A stretch of DNA of 64,000 nucleotides from an uncultured Spirochaetia bacterium (GTDB lineage: Bacteria > Oederibacteriota > PGYV01 > Palsa-1178). The number at the start of each line of letters is the position of its first letter. Position 1 is the stretch's first letter. The stretch is taken from positions 31,468-95,467 of the forward strand of contig CAYUDX010000005.1 of assembly GCA_964443355.1 (NCBI GenBank), read 5' to 3'. The position numbers and the translations under genes were made by a program. The notes below the pieces were generated by a model. That model was not told the origin of the DNA, searched no databases, and saw only the letters and a program-made list of their open reading frames with translations. Positions 1 through 10,822 of this stretch are shown piece by piece.

Positions 1-370
1 CCTTTGCAAGCTGGTCAGGAGTAAGTCCTTTTGACATCTTTTCAAAAAAAGCGGCCATGGAAGGGTCCAGCGAGACCCCCGGGACAATCAGTGATATTGC
101 GAACGTCAGGAACGCAAGGATCAGCGGCACAAGTGCAGCGATAAGATACCAGTTCGACCACTTGAAATTAATATTTATGGCCGAGAGTGGCTCCTTGTAT
201 ATTATGACCTGCAGTATCAGCGTCGCGATCAGCGGAAGGAACATGTATAATATTGTGATGACGAAGCTCATTCCCTCCATTCTCAGCGGGAACTTCAAAT
301 AAAGCAGGGAATAAAGCGCGGTCATAATGTACAGAAGCACAATATAGGAAAGTGTCCTGTTTTTTAACAT
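1..370 (-). CDS. Integral membrane protein, N-terminal part (gene continues past window start)
   Basis: Minus-strand frame is open from ATG at 370-368 to position 1. GGAGG lies 8 nt upstream. Translation (MLKNRTLSYIVLLYIMTALYSLL...LIAALVPLILAFLTFAISLIV...) is strongly hydrophobic and helical-TM-like. It competes with the listed + ORF 57..302, which looks antisense and spurious. Confidence 0.45.
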   Translation of the reverse strand, partial: MLKNRTLSYIVLLYIMTALYSLLYLKFPLRMEGMSFVITILYMFLPLIATLILQVIIYKEPLSAININFKWSNWYLIAALVPLILAFLTFAISLIVPGVSLDPSMAAFFEKMSKGLTPDQLAK

Positions 371-407
371 GGAATGCCTCCGGATTTTTTTTTACCCTTT
401 TTTTATC

Positions 408-482
408 TGGAGGCGGCGATCGGAATTGAACCGATGCATAAGGGTTTTGCAGACCCGTGCCTTACCGCTTGGCTACGCCGCC
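408..482 (-). tRNA. tRNA-Cys (anticodon GCA), CCA encoded
   Basis: Hand-folded: 7-bp acceptor stem GGCGGCG/CGCCGCC, anticodon loop CUGCAAA, T-stem ATCGG/CCGAT, T-loop TTCAATT, discriminator U73 (a Cys identity element), 3' CCA. Length 75 nt. Confidence 0.88.
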
Positions 483-495
483 TCAGTGTCTTAAT

Positions 496-524
496 GTTAT
501 ATTATAAAGCCGCAGTATTGTCAA
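496..524 (-). promoter_or_regulatory. Sigma70-type promoter for tRNA-Cys: -35 TTGACA (519-524), 17-bp spacer, -10 TATAAC (496-501)
   Basis: Perfect -35 hexamer, near-consensus -10 and canonical spacing, about 14 nt upstream of the tRNA 5' end. Confidence 0.45.
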
Positions 525-529
525 TTTGT

Positions 530-570
530 TTATTGGAAAACCAAAAGAAAGGGCGGCTTTTCAGCCGCCC
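530..570 (-). terminator. Rho-independent terminator downstream of ahcY
   Basis: Hairpin GGGCGGCT-gaaa-AGCCGCCC followed on the minus strand by TTTCTTTTGGTTTT, about 75 nt after the ahcY stop. Confidence 0.55.
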
Positions 571-645
571 GATATTTGATCGTTTTGTTTCTTCTACTTT
601 CACCTGTCCACTATCTATTCTCTCCTGAAAATTCCTCCGGAATTT

Positions 646-3103
<2,458 letters not shown>

Positions 3104-3208
3104 TTGTGTCCTCCCGGATAATTTTAATCCATTGGAAAATTTGAAAAATTATAACACATGCCGCCGGGTGTTTCCATTAAAATCTTGGATGCACTTAAAG
3201 CCGCCCCG

Positions 3209-4990
3209 TCAGTTCTTCAGCATCTCGATGTTCTTTAATTTTTCCCTGGCCTTTTCAATGTTTTCCTTTGCCTTGACCGCCGTGTTGCCGTCCGGATCGA
3301 TCTCTATGACCTTTTCCCAGTCCATTATGGCCTCTATTATTTCCTTGGACCCGTATTTGTCGATTCCTTCGGAATAAAAATAATCGGCCTGTTTTTTTAT
3401 GTTGCCCTTGAATTCCCTGAGCTTTCCGAGGGCAAACTCATTCACCGGGCAAAGTGTAAGAATAACCCTTACCTTTTTAACGCCCTCCATTATGTTTCCC
3501 TTGTTGAAAAAAGTTTCCGCCTCGCCGGCCTTCATGTCGATCTTGTCCGCCATTTCCATACATTTCTTCCTGAAATAGGTCAGGCGGTCGTCCGGCAGCC
3601 CCGCGTCCGAGCACAGGTTCCATTTCGCAAGGGCCTCCACGTACATGCATTTATTATAAAGCTTCATCCCGTCAATGAAACACTTCTCGGCCCTGCTGGA
3701 CTGTTCCTTGCCCGCTTTCATGTCGCCCGCCGTGGTGATCCAGTTGGATATTGCGGGAAAGGCCGGGTTAAGCTTTTTTACCTCTCCCCATTTTATCGCC
3801 GCTTCGTCGTATTTTCCGCCGAGATAATAATCCATTCCGCTGTTAAAGTAACCCTCTTCAAGCTTGCTCTCCTCGCCTTTTTCCAGCATCTTTTTTGCTT
3901 CAGCTATCTTGTCGTCTATGCCTTCGTAATCCGGCATCAGGGATTTTAACGACTCAAGTTTTTTCAGGACCCTTGTATAATCCCCTTCCTCCTTTAATTC
4001 CTGCGCCTCGCTTACATACTGCTCGACAAGCGCGTTCAACAGCCTCTGGTAAGCGCCGTCCGAGGGCGCCGAGGCGGTCCTTGTCACCGTATCGAACTGG
4101 AAAGACAATGATATGGTGTGGTTGAATCCCATGTCACCGTATGAAACCGCGGCATAATCAAGTTTCATGCCGGAAACAACGACCCCGACCCCGAGACTTA
4201 ATCCAGAAATGCCGCCAAGGTCCTGATTTTCTCCCCTGATATCGTAACCGGCCCTCAATGAAACCGTGTTGAAAGCGGTGTATTCGCACCCAAGGCTGCA
4301 CGACATGCCGTTTGAAAATAAATATTTAAGGTCGGCCGCTGCAAGCAATTTTGAGTTAGCGTCCAGGACGGTTGTGTAGGACGCTCCTCCGCTTGCGCTT
4401 AACTGAGCGCTTGATTCGTCGTTAAACGCGAAATTATTAAAAGAAACACCGGCGTTCCAGTTGTCGTTCACGTGGTAGAACAACCCGCCGTCAACGAAAA
4501 TTCCCGTGGCGCCGGACCCGGCAAGTGACTGGAACGCGGCTTTTACGTCGGCCCCCGCGGAAAAGTTCTGGTTTACCATGACCCCGTACCCGATGGTTCC
4601 TCCAGTGGTATATGCCTTCAGCGACTGCCCGTCGGGTTTTCCGGATGAATCCATGCCGTCTATGGTCCCCATGTCCGAATAGAACCCGTCAAAACCAAGC
4701 GTCCCGATGGGCAGCGGCGTGTCGAACAGTATGTACTGGTAATTTGTGTTAAGGCTCCACGCGGTATAAGAAAGAGTGATGCCGGCGCGGTTCAACTGGC
4801 CCAGTGCGCCCGGATTGTATGATATGGATTCTGTGTCGGCCACAGCTGTGTAGGCCCCGGCCAGCCCAGCCGACCTTCCGCCTGTGTTGATGTTCACGAA
4901 CGAAATCTCTCCGTTGTCAGACGGGGTTGAAGCGCCTATCAGCGGGCAGATGGCAAGAGATAATATCAGATACGCGGTTGTTTTTTTCAT
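3209..4990 (-). CDS. Outer-membrane FadL/PorV-like beta-barrel fused to a C-terminal TPR-repeat domain
   Basis: Signal peptide MKKTTAYLILSLAICPLIGAS. N-terminal GGRSAGLAGAYTAVADTESISYNPGALG matches the FadL/PorV signature (sAGlA...D.s..f.NPA). Residues about 300-593 are TPR-like repeats (WGEVKKLNPAF..., AKWNLCSD...). Lies directly downstream of a T9SS cargo gene. Confidence 0.6.
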   Translation of the reverse strand: MKKTTAYLILSLAICPLIGASTPSDNGEISFVNINTGGRSAGLAGAYTAVADTESISYNPGALGQLNRAGITLSYTAWSLNTNYQYILFDTPLPIGTLGFDGFYSDMGTIDGMDSSGKPDGQSLKAYTTGGTIGYGVMVNQNFSAGADVKAAFQSLAGSGATGIFVDGGLFYHVNDNWNAGVSFNNFAFNDESSAQLSASGGASYTTVLDANSKLLAAADLKYLFSNGMSCSLGCEYTAFNTVSLRAGYDIRGENQDLGGISGLSLGVGVVVSGMKLDYAAVSYGDMGFNHTISLSFQFDTVTRTASAPSDGAYQRLLNALVEQYVSEAQELKEEGDYTRVLKKLESLKSLMPDYEGIDDKIAEAKKMLEKGEESKLEEGYFNSGMDYYLGGKYDEAAIKWGEVKKLNPAFPAISNWITTAGDMKAGKEQSSRAEKCFIDGMKLYNKCMYVEALAKWNLCSDAGLPDDRLTYFRKKCMEMADKIDMKAGEAETFFNKGNIMEGVKKVRVILTLCPVNEFALGKLREFKGNIKKQADYFYSEGIDKYGSKEIIEAIMDWEKVIEIDPDGNTAVKAKENIEKAREKLKNIEMLKN

Positions 4991-5000
4991 TTTCAGCCTC

Positions 5001-6428
5001 CTATCTCTTTACCATGAATTTTTCGGGCGTGTAGCGCGTCTCGGAGCCGTTCACGGCTTTTGCCACCACCTGGTAAAAATACACCCCGGGCTTGAGCCTG
5101 CTTACATTAATATTCGTGACCACGCTGTTATCCGGGGATTCGAGCGTCTGGCTCTTTCCCACAAGATTGTTCGCGAAATTATAAATGTATATGGTCACAT
5201 TGGACTGCGCGGAAAGGCTGTAAACGATGTTTATCGAATCCGAAGCCGGCTGTGGATAGGCGTATGTTTTATGCGCGGAAGACCCTCCCGGAGGCGGGGC
5301 CACCGCGATGGATGGCATGGTATACCTGCTCCAGTAGATGTCCGTGTCGTTTATGGTGCCCACGATGTCGGCCTGCTGGTTGCCTATCGCCGCCCCGAGC
5401 CCGTACTGCACGTTATCCGCCCCGTTGCCGAACACGCTGATATTTTTTGTGTTGCCGGCGGCGTCGATGGTCATTGCGAAATTATAGTTTATGTAGGAGT
5501 ACTGGCTGACGGAATCGGTGCTGCCCGATATGATGTAGCCGTAATCGCTTGAGCCGGAATAAAATATGGAATAATCGTTAAAATCGTAACCCGGGTCGTA
5601 ACTTCCGCTCCATATGATATTTCCGCCGTTGTCCATGCACTGGGTTATGAAATAATAATTGGTGCCGTCGTAAGCGTAACCCACCGCTATGATGTTGCCG
5701 TCCGGCCTTATTGTCGCGCCGTCATATGAGGTGCATGAATTGCTGCTCTTTGACCAGACTGAATTGCCGTCGGCATCGACTTTAAGAAGGAAACCCTCGA
5801 AATCCGTGTAGCCTTCCGCCAGGTAGCCTCCGTCGGAAAGTGCGGTTATGCCGTAAAAATATATGTCCTGGCCGAAATCAAAATGGTTCGACCAGACTTT
5901 CGCCCCTGAATTGTCCACCTTCTCAAAATAAGGACTTGTATAACCCGCGGCATTGTAATTATAATGGTCGGCGGCAATCACAAAACCGCTGCCGTCCGGG
6001 GATTTTGCCATGGAAACAGGGGTGGTTCCCGCGTCGCCGGATATCCTCTCGCCGGTGTTCGCTCCGGCTGCGTTCGCGGTGATCACGACGAGCTGGTATG
6101 TATTGTCCCACTGGGTGGTCACCGTAAAGGTCAAAGCCGCGGCAATGATGAAACCGCCGCCAAGTTTTGCCGCGTCGCGGTATAAGTAGGAATTATCAAC
6201 CTTGTGAAAAACAGTGTTGCCGGAAGCGTCCGTGAGTATCAAAAAACCCTCTCCGCCCACCGGATCCTTCTCATAGCTTCCGACAATGATCGAGCCGCCG
6301 TCTCCCGTGGCGTGCACGCCGTAGATCGCGGGTTTGTCCGACGTTGGGTTTGTTATTGTTTTTTCGAAAGCAAGGGCTCCTGAACAAAATAAGGCGAAAC
6401 AGATGAACATTAATGCTGTTTTTTTCAT
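5001..6428 (-). CDS. Secreted repeat (beta-propeller-like) protein with T9SS C-terminal sorting domain
   Basis: Signal peptide MKKTALMFICFALFCSGALA. C-terminus YAYPQPASDSINIVYSLSAQSNVTIYIYNFANNLV...LKPGVYFYQVVAK matches the Por secretion-tail pattern (yPNP..d...i.y.l......i.iyd..G..v......GvYfy). Confidence 0.6.
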   Translation of the reverse strand: MKKTALMFICFALFCSGALAFEKTITNPTSDKPAIYGVHATGDGGSIIVGSYEKDPVGGEGFLILTDASGNTVFHKVDNSYLYRDAAKLGGGFIIAAALTFTVTTQWDNTYQLVVITANAAGANTGERISGDAGTTPVSMAKSPDGSGFVIAADHYNYNAAGYTSPYFEKVDNSGAKVWSNHFDFGQDIYFYGITALSDGGYLAEGYTDFEGFLLKVDADGNSVWSKSSNSCTSYDGATIRPDGNIIAVGYAYDGTNYYFITQCMDNGGNIIWSGSYDPGYDFNDYSIFYSGSSDYGYIISGSTDSVSQYSYINYNFAMTIDAAGNTKNISVFGNGADNVQYGLGAAIGNQQADIVGTINDTDIYWSRYTMPSIAVAPPPGGSSAHKTYAYPQPASDSINIVYSLSAQSNVTIYIYNFANNLVGKSQTLESPDNSVVTNINVSRLKPGVYFYQVVAKAVNGSETRYTPEKFMVKR

Positions 6429-6541
6429 GTGTTTTACCCCGTCCGTATGATTTAAAAAACCATTGCGCAGATTATATCACTCTTTTAACCGGAGGTAAAA
6501 TCCATTTTTTGTTTATTTGGACCAACGAAGGGAGGTTTTTA

Positions 6542-7243
6542 TCAGGCCAGTTCTGCCGTATTGAGTATCTTTACCTTCTTTACGTATTGCTTCATGATCT
6601 CCGCGAATGACGAAAGTTTTTCTTCGCCGTATGGAACTACTTTTTTGTACAATTCGTCATAGGTCCTGTCGTTGCGGAACTGTTGTACGGAAAAAAGCTC
6701 TGCGCCCGATATCATTTCACCGATCCTGGCCATATCCTCTTCCTCGACAAGCCCGGGCACCACCGTGGTGCGGAATTCGTACGGCACGCCCGAACCCCTG
6801 ATGAGGCTGACCGAGTTCTTTATCCTCGCCATGTCCACCTTTACCCCGCATGCGAACTGGTACCTTTCGGGCGAAGTCTTAATGTCCATGGCTATATAGT
6901 CAAGAAGATTTTTATCAATGAGCTTTTCAAGATTTTCCGGTAAATAGCCGTTGGTGTCAAGTTTTACCTTTAATCCCATCTTTTTCAGGATGCCGATAAA
7001 AAGCCCGAGGTCATCCTGCAGGAGCGGCTCGCCGCCGGAAATGGTGACGCCTTCGATGAACCCGGCCCTTTCGGATATGTCGTTTATCACCTCGTCCACG
7101 CCCAGTATTTCCTCGTTGACCCCGACAAGCGACGGGTTATGGCAGAACGGGCACTTGAAATTGCACGGCGAGGTGTATACTATGGACGACACTTTTCCCG
7201 GATAATCGATGAGCGATATTCCCTCAAAACCGTTTATGCGCAT
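6542..7243 (-). CDS. nrdG: Anaerobic ribonucleoside-triphosphate reductase activating protein (radical SAM)
   Basis: N-terminal GISLIDYPGKVSSIVYTSPCNFKCPFCHNP is the NrdG/PflA-type CxxxCxxC radical-SAM motif. Lies downstream of nrdD. Confidence 0.85.
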   Translation of the reverse strand: MRINGFEGISLIDYPGKVSSIVYTSPCNFKCPFCHNPSLVGVNEEILGVDEVINDISERAGFIEGVTISGGEPLLQDDLGLFIGILKKMGLKVKLDTNGYLPENLEKLIDKNLLDYIAMDIKTSPERYQFACGVKVDMARIKNSVSLIRGSGVPYEFRTTVVPGLVEEEDMARIGEMISGAELFSVQQFRNDRTYDELYKKVVPYGEEKLSSFAEIMKQYVKKVKILNTAELA

Positions 7244-7311
7244 TTTTTATTTTTCTCCCCTGAAATGAACGGGAGCGGGTATTTGATACCCGCTCCCGTT
7301 ATATGATTTTT

Positions 7312-7521
7312 TTACAGGGCCCTGGCCGTGGTTTCCTGCGTCACTTCCGCGTCGAAAGCAATCCTGTCCGCGTATTCTTCCTGTTTTCCGTTGTTCCACT
7401 GTTTTACGGGCCTGAAATATCCCACTATCCTGGAATAAACCTCGCATTCCGTCCCCTTGACGTTCATGAGTTCGCTTTTCAGTTCCTCGAGCTTCAACTG
7501 CATTTCTTCCCTTGCCGCCAT
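7312..7521 (-). CDS. Stand-alone NrdD glycyl-radical domain protein (69 aa)
   Basis: CEVYSRIVGYFRPVKQWNNGKQEEYADR matches the class III RNR C-terminal glycyl-radical motif (compare E. coli ...RVCGYLGSPDARPFNAGKQEEVKRR). Own RBS AAAGGAG 7 nt upstream of the ATG. Sits between nrdD and nrdG in a different frame from nrdD. Confidence 0.7.
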   Translation of the reverse strand: MAAREEMQLKLEELKSELMNVKGTECEVYSRIVGYFRPVKQWNNGKQEEYADRIAFDAEVTQETTARAL

Positions 7522-7591
7522 CTTTTTCTCCTTTTGGAAATATGAATTTTTTTTCTTATCCGTAAGCGGTAAGAACCGCCTGATTATCCCT

Positions 7592-9631
7592 TTAGACCAG
7601 CTGTGCCTCTATGCTTTCTATCTCTTTTTTCAGCGCTTCCTCTTTCGCGTTCCTGCATACCGGGCAGTCAAAATGTTCGCCCGCTATGTACCCGTGAACC
7701 GGGCACACCGAGAATGTCGGCGTTATAGAGTAATACGGGAGGTGGAACCTCTCCGCAACTTTTTTCACCAACGCCTTTGTGGCCGCGATCGAGGTGAGCC
7801 TCTCGCCGAGGAATATATGGAACACCGTACCCCCGGTATAACGCGTCTGGAGCGGGTCCTGGTGCTCGAGTGCCCTGAAAATATCCCTCGTGTGGAAAAC
7901 AGGCAGCTGGGTCGAGTTCGTGTAATAGGGTTCCTTGGCGCCCATTGCCTTGAGGTCCGGATATTTTTCCCTGTCTATCTTCGCAAGCCTGTATGATGTC
8001 CCCTCGCCCGGAGTGGCTTCGAGGTTGTAAAGGTTCCCGGTGCTGTCCTGGTAGCCCATTAGCCTGTCACGCATATATTCAAGTATCTCGATCGTGAAAT
8101 TCTTTCCCTCTTCCGTGGTTATGTCCTTGCCCATATAATTGATGCAAGCCTCGTTCATCCCGATGAGGCCGATGGTGGAAAAATGGTTCTTCCAGTACAT
8201 GCCGTCCTTCTGCCTTATGCCGCCGAGATAATGTTTCGAATAAGGATAGAGCCCCTGGTCGGTGAGTTTTTCAAGCATCTTCCTTTTTATCTCAAGCGAA
8301 TCCTTGGCGACATCCATAAGATACGTAAGCTCCGTGATGAAGCCTTCCTTGTTGCCCCTGTATTTGTAGCCCAGCCTTGGCATGTTCATCGTCACAACGC
8401 CGATGGATCCGGTGAGCGGGTTGGAGCCGAAAAGGCCGCCGCCGCGTTTTCTGAGTTCCCTGTTGTCAAGACGCAGCCTGCAACACATAGAGCGCGCGTC
8501 CTCGGGTTTCATGTCCGAATTGACGAAGTTCGCAAAATAGGGAATTCCGTATTTGGCCGTCATTTCCCAGAGCGGGTCGAGCTCGGCGTTGTCCCAGTCG
8601 AAGTCGCGCGTTATGTTGTATGTGGGTATGGGGAAGGTGAATATCCTGCCCTTGGAATCGCCCTCGAGCATTACCTCGGCAAAGGCGCGGTTAATCATGG
8701 ACATCTCTTCCTGGAACTGCCCGTAAGTCTCTTCCTTTATCTCGCCGCCGATAATGACCGCCTCGTCCTTCATGTTCGCCGGGACGGTGAGGTCCATCGT
8801 GATGTTGGTGAAAGGCGTCTGAAAGCCCACCCTTGTGGGGATGTTCATGTTGAAAATGAACCTTCTCATCGAGCGCTTGACGTCCTCGTATGAAAGGCTG
8901 TTGTAACGTATGTAAGGGGCCAGCAGCGTGTCGAAATTTGCGAATGCCTGGGCGCCCGCCGCCTCTCCCTGCAGGGTGTAAAAGAAATTCACTATCTGCC
9001 CGAGCGCAGATTCAAGGTGAGTCGGCGGCGCTGATTCTATCTTGCCCTCGACCCCGCCGAATCCCTGCGTCAGAAGGTCCTTAAGGTCCCAGCCGCAGCA
9101 ATAAACCGAAAGCAATCCGAGGTCGTGAAGGTGGATGGAGCCGTCGGTGTGCGCCTGCCTTATCTCGGGCGTGTATATCTTATTAAGCCAGTACATCGAC
9201 GTGACGATGGAGGATACGTGGTTGTTGAGCCCCTGGAGGGAATAGCTCATGTTGGAATTTTCCTTGATCCTCCAGTCTATCTTCCTTATGTAATCGTCGA
9301 TGAGTGTGGTGGAATCTTTAAGGAGGTTCTTGACGTCCCTCATTTTGTCGTGCTGGTCGCGGTAAAGTATGTATGATTTGGCTATGCTGGTCAGTCCGTT
9401 GTTGATCAGGGTGGTCTCGACAAGGTCCTGGACGTTCTCAACGGAGGGTATCTTGCCGTCCTTATAAACAACGTTTATTATTGAGGCCACCTGTTCCGAT
9501 ACTATTTCAGCCTTTTCCCTGTCATAGTTGTTATTGGCCTTGAATGCCTTGAATATCGCTTCGGTTATTTTTGAATGGTCAAACGCGTCAATGCGCCCGT
9601 CCCTTTTTCTGATATGTCCGACTTTATTCAT
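7592..9631 (-). CDS. nrdD: Anaerobic ribonucleoside-triphosphate reductase large subunit (class III), lacking the glycyl-radical tail
   Basis: 679 aa. N-terminal ATP-cone (HIRKRDGRIDAFDHSKITEAIFKA). Class III core. C-terminal Cys/His ribbon CPVHGY...CPVC followed by a charged helical tail. No RxxGY glycine motif within this ORF. Confidence 0.88.
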   Translation of the reverse strand: MNKVGHIRKRDGRIDAFDHSKITEAIFKAFKANNNYDREKAEIVSEQVASIINVVYKDGKIPSVENVQDLVETTLINNGLTSIAKSYILYRDQHDKMRDVKNLLKDSTTLIDDYIRKIDWRIKENSNMSYSLQGLNNHVSSIVTSMYWLNKIYTPEIRQAHTDGSIHLHDLGLLSVYCCGWDLKDLLTQGFGGVEGKIESAPPTHLESALGQIVNFFYTLQGEAAGAQAFANFDTLLAPYIRYNSLSYEDVKRSMRRFIFNMNIPTRVGFQTPFTNITMDLTVPANMKDEAVIIGGEIKEETYGQFQEEMSMINRAFAEVMLEGDSKGRIFTFPIPTYNITRDFDWDNAELDPLWEMTAKYGIPYFANFVNSDMKPEDARSMCCRLRLDNRELRKRGGGLFGSNPLTGSIGVVTMNMPRLGYKYRGNKEGFITELTYLMDVAKDSLEIKRKMLEKLTDQGLYPYSKHYLGGIRQKDGMYWKNHFSTIGLIGMNEACINYMGKDITTEEGKNFTIEILEYMRDRLMGYQDSTGNLYNLEATPGEGTSYRLAKIDREKYPDLKAMGAKEPYYTNSTQLPVFHTRDIFRALEHQDPLQTRYTGGTVFHIFLGERLTSIAATKALVKKVAERFHLPYYSITPTFSVCPVHGYIAGEHFDCPVCRNAKEEALKKEIESIEAQLV

Positions 9632-9737
9632 TAAACCATCTCCTCCTTGTTATGAATTTATGCGGCGCATTTTAGTCTCTTTTTTTTAAAATGTCAATCC
9701 CAAAACCCGCGTATGTTGTATTTTTTTTTCCTCTTGG

Positions 9738-9838
9738 CCACAATATATGGTAGTCGCTTATAATTGTCAAGAAAAATTATATAGCATATATAGTGTGTGG
9801 CATGGTCATAAACCCTTTATCTATGCTATATATTGTAT
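9738..9838. promoter_or_regulatory. Three candidate NrdR-box-like operators upstream of nrdD
   Basis: CCACAATATATGGTAG (9738-9753), ATAGCATATATAGTGT (9781-9796) and ATGCTATATATTGTAT (9823-9838) each match about 13/16 of the NrdR box consensus acaCwAtATaTwGtgt. Centre-to-centre spacing is about 42-43 bp (about 4 helical turns). They lie 107-200 bp upstream of the nrdD start. Confidence 0.35.
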
Positions 9839-10048
9839 ATTATCGTTAAAAACGTTAATATCCATGCGTCTTTTTATGCTATGCCATTTTGTTAAAGTGT
9901 TAGTTTAACCATCCCTTTTATTATGCGTACTAACTGGCTATTTTACCCCTTATTTTTAATGATTTTTGCCGTTTTACCGTCCAAATGAGCCAAACCCCTT
10001 GTGGTATGCCCTTTTGACAGTGTTAGCCGACTCTGACACATTTTTTTA

Positions 10049-10078
10049 CTGACAATCACGATAAAAAAGTAGTATGAT
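10049..10078 (+). promoter_or_regulatory. Candidate sigma70 promoter for the HD-domain gene: -35 CTGACA (10049-10054), 18-bp spacer, -10 TATGAT (10073-10078)
   Basis: Sequence motifs only. RBS AGGGAGG lies upstream of the ATG at 10108. Confidence 0.3.
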
Positions 10079-10107
10079 GACACCAATATTTTACAGGGAG
10101 GTTTTTT

Positions 10108-10722
10108 ATGGCGGACATTGAAAAATCAAAGGAACAATACCTGGAGCTTCTGGCCAAAATATCAGGACGCAAGGGTGTAAAGGAGATGGCTTCTTACCTC
10201 GAAAAACACGGCCTGTTCAGGGCCCCGGCGTCGACAAAGTACCACCTTTGCATCGAAGGCGGCCTGCTCATACACCAGGTCGGCGTGGCAAAACTGGCAA
10301 TGAGATTAAGGGAGATACTTATGCCCGATAAAAGCGAGGAGTCGGTGATACTGTGCGCGCTTTTCCACGACGCTCACAAGGTGACAGACGGTTTCGGCAA
10401 CCAGACCTACGACAAGAACAACACCCCCACGTCGGACAAGCAGCCGTATTTCTGGAACAACAAACAGCTTGGCTTCGGCGGCGGGCAAAAATCGGCGCTG
10501 CTGGTCTCAAAATTCGTCGACCTCACGCAGGACGAGCTGCAGGCGATCGCCTACCACGACGGCCCTTTCGTCCCATCATGGGACGACATCAAAAGCGATC
10601 CCTATCCGCTCACATTATTGATTCACTACGCGGATATGTGGAGCACATGGGTGGTGGAGAAGGTGAAGACGAGGAATTTCAAGGGGACGTTCCTGGAGGA
10701 CCTGAAAACGGAATTGTTTTAA
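10108..10722 (+). CDS. HD-domain metal-dependent phosphohydrolase
   Basis: 204 aa with H...HD...H...D ligand spacing (KYHLCIEGGLLIHQ, ALFHDAHKV, AYHDGPF, IHYADMW). The only substantial plus-strand gene in the first 50 kb. Confidence 0.65.
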   Translation: MADIEKSKEQYLELLAKISGRKGVKEMASYLEKHGLFRAPASTKYHLCIEGGLLIHQVGVAKLAMRLREILMPDKSEESVILCALFHDAHKVTDGFGNQTYDKNNTPTSDKQPYFWNNKQLGFGGGQKSALLVSKFVDLTQDELQAIAYHDGPFVPSWDDIKSDPYPLTLLIHYADMWSTWVVEKVKTRNFKGTFLEDLKTELF

Positions 10723-10822
10723 TAAAACAAAATCTCACAGAAAGTAGATAGTAGAAAGGTGATCTTCTGAAACGTAGTTCAAATCTCCTGGCTCATATCA
10801 ACTTTCTGAAAATTCTTGTCTA

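Noticed and set aside
57-302. Plus-strand 81-aa ORF at the window start
   Set aside because: The opposite strand has a longer, strongly hydrophobic open frame with a GGAGG RBS that runs off the window edge. The plus ORF has no RBS and no recognisable features.
3104-3208. SAM riboswitch upstream of metK
   Set aside because: The leader is only about 105 nt and shows a promoter-like TGtTATAAT but no S-box or SAM-II conserved segments that I could recognise.
7457-7996. Plus-strand 179-aa ORF overlapping the nrdD 3' end and the small glycyl-radical gene
   Set aside because: It is antisense to two well-supported genes and has no RBS or homology.
8183-8893. 236-aa plus-strand ORF inside nrdD
   Set aside because: It is antisense to a confidently identified gene, with no independent support.
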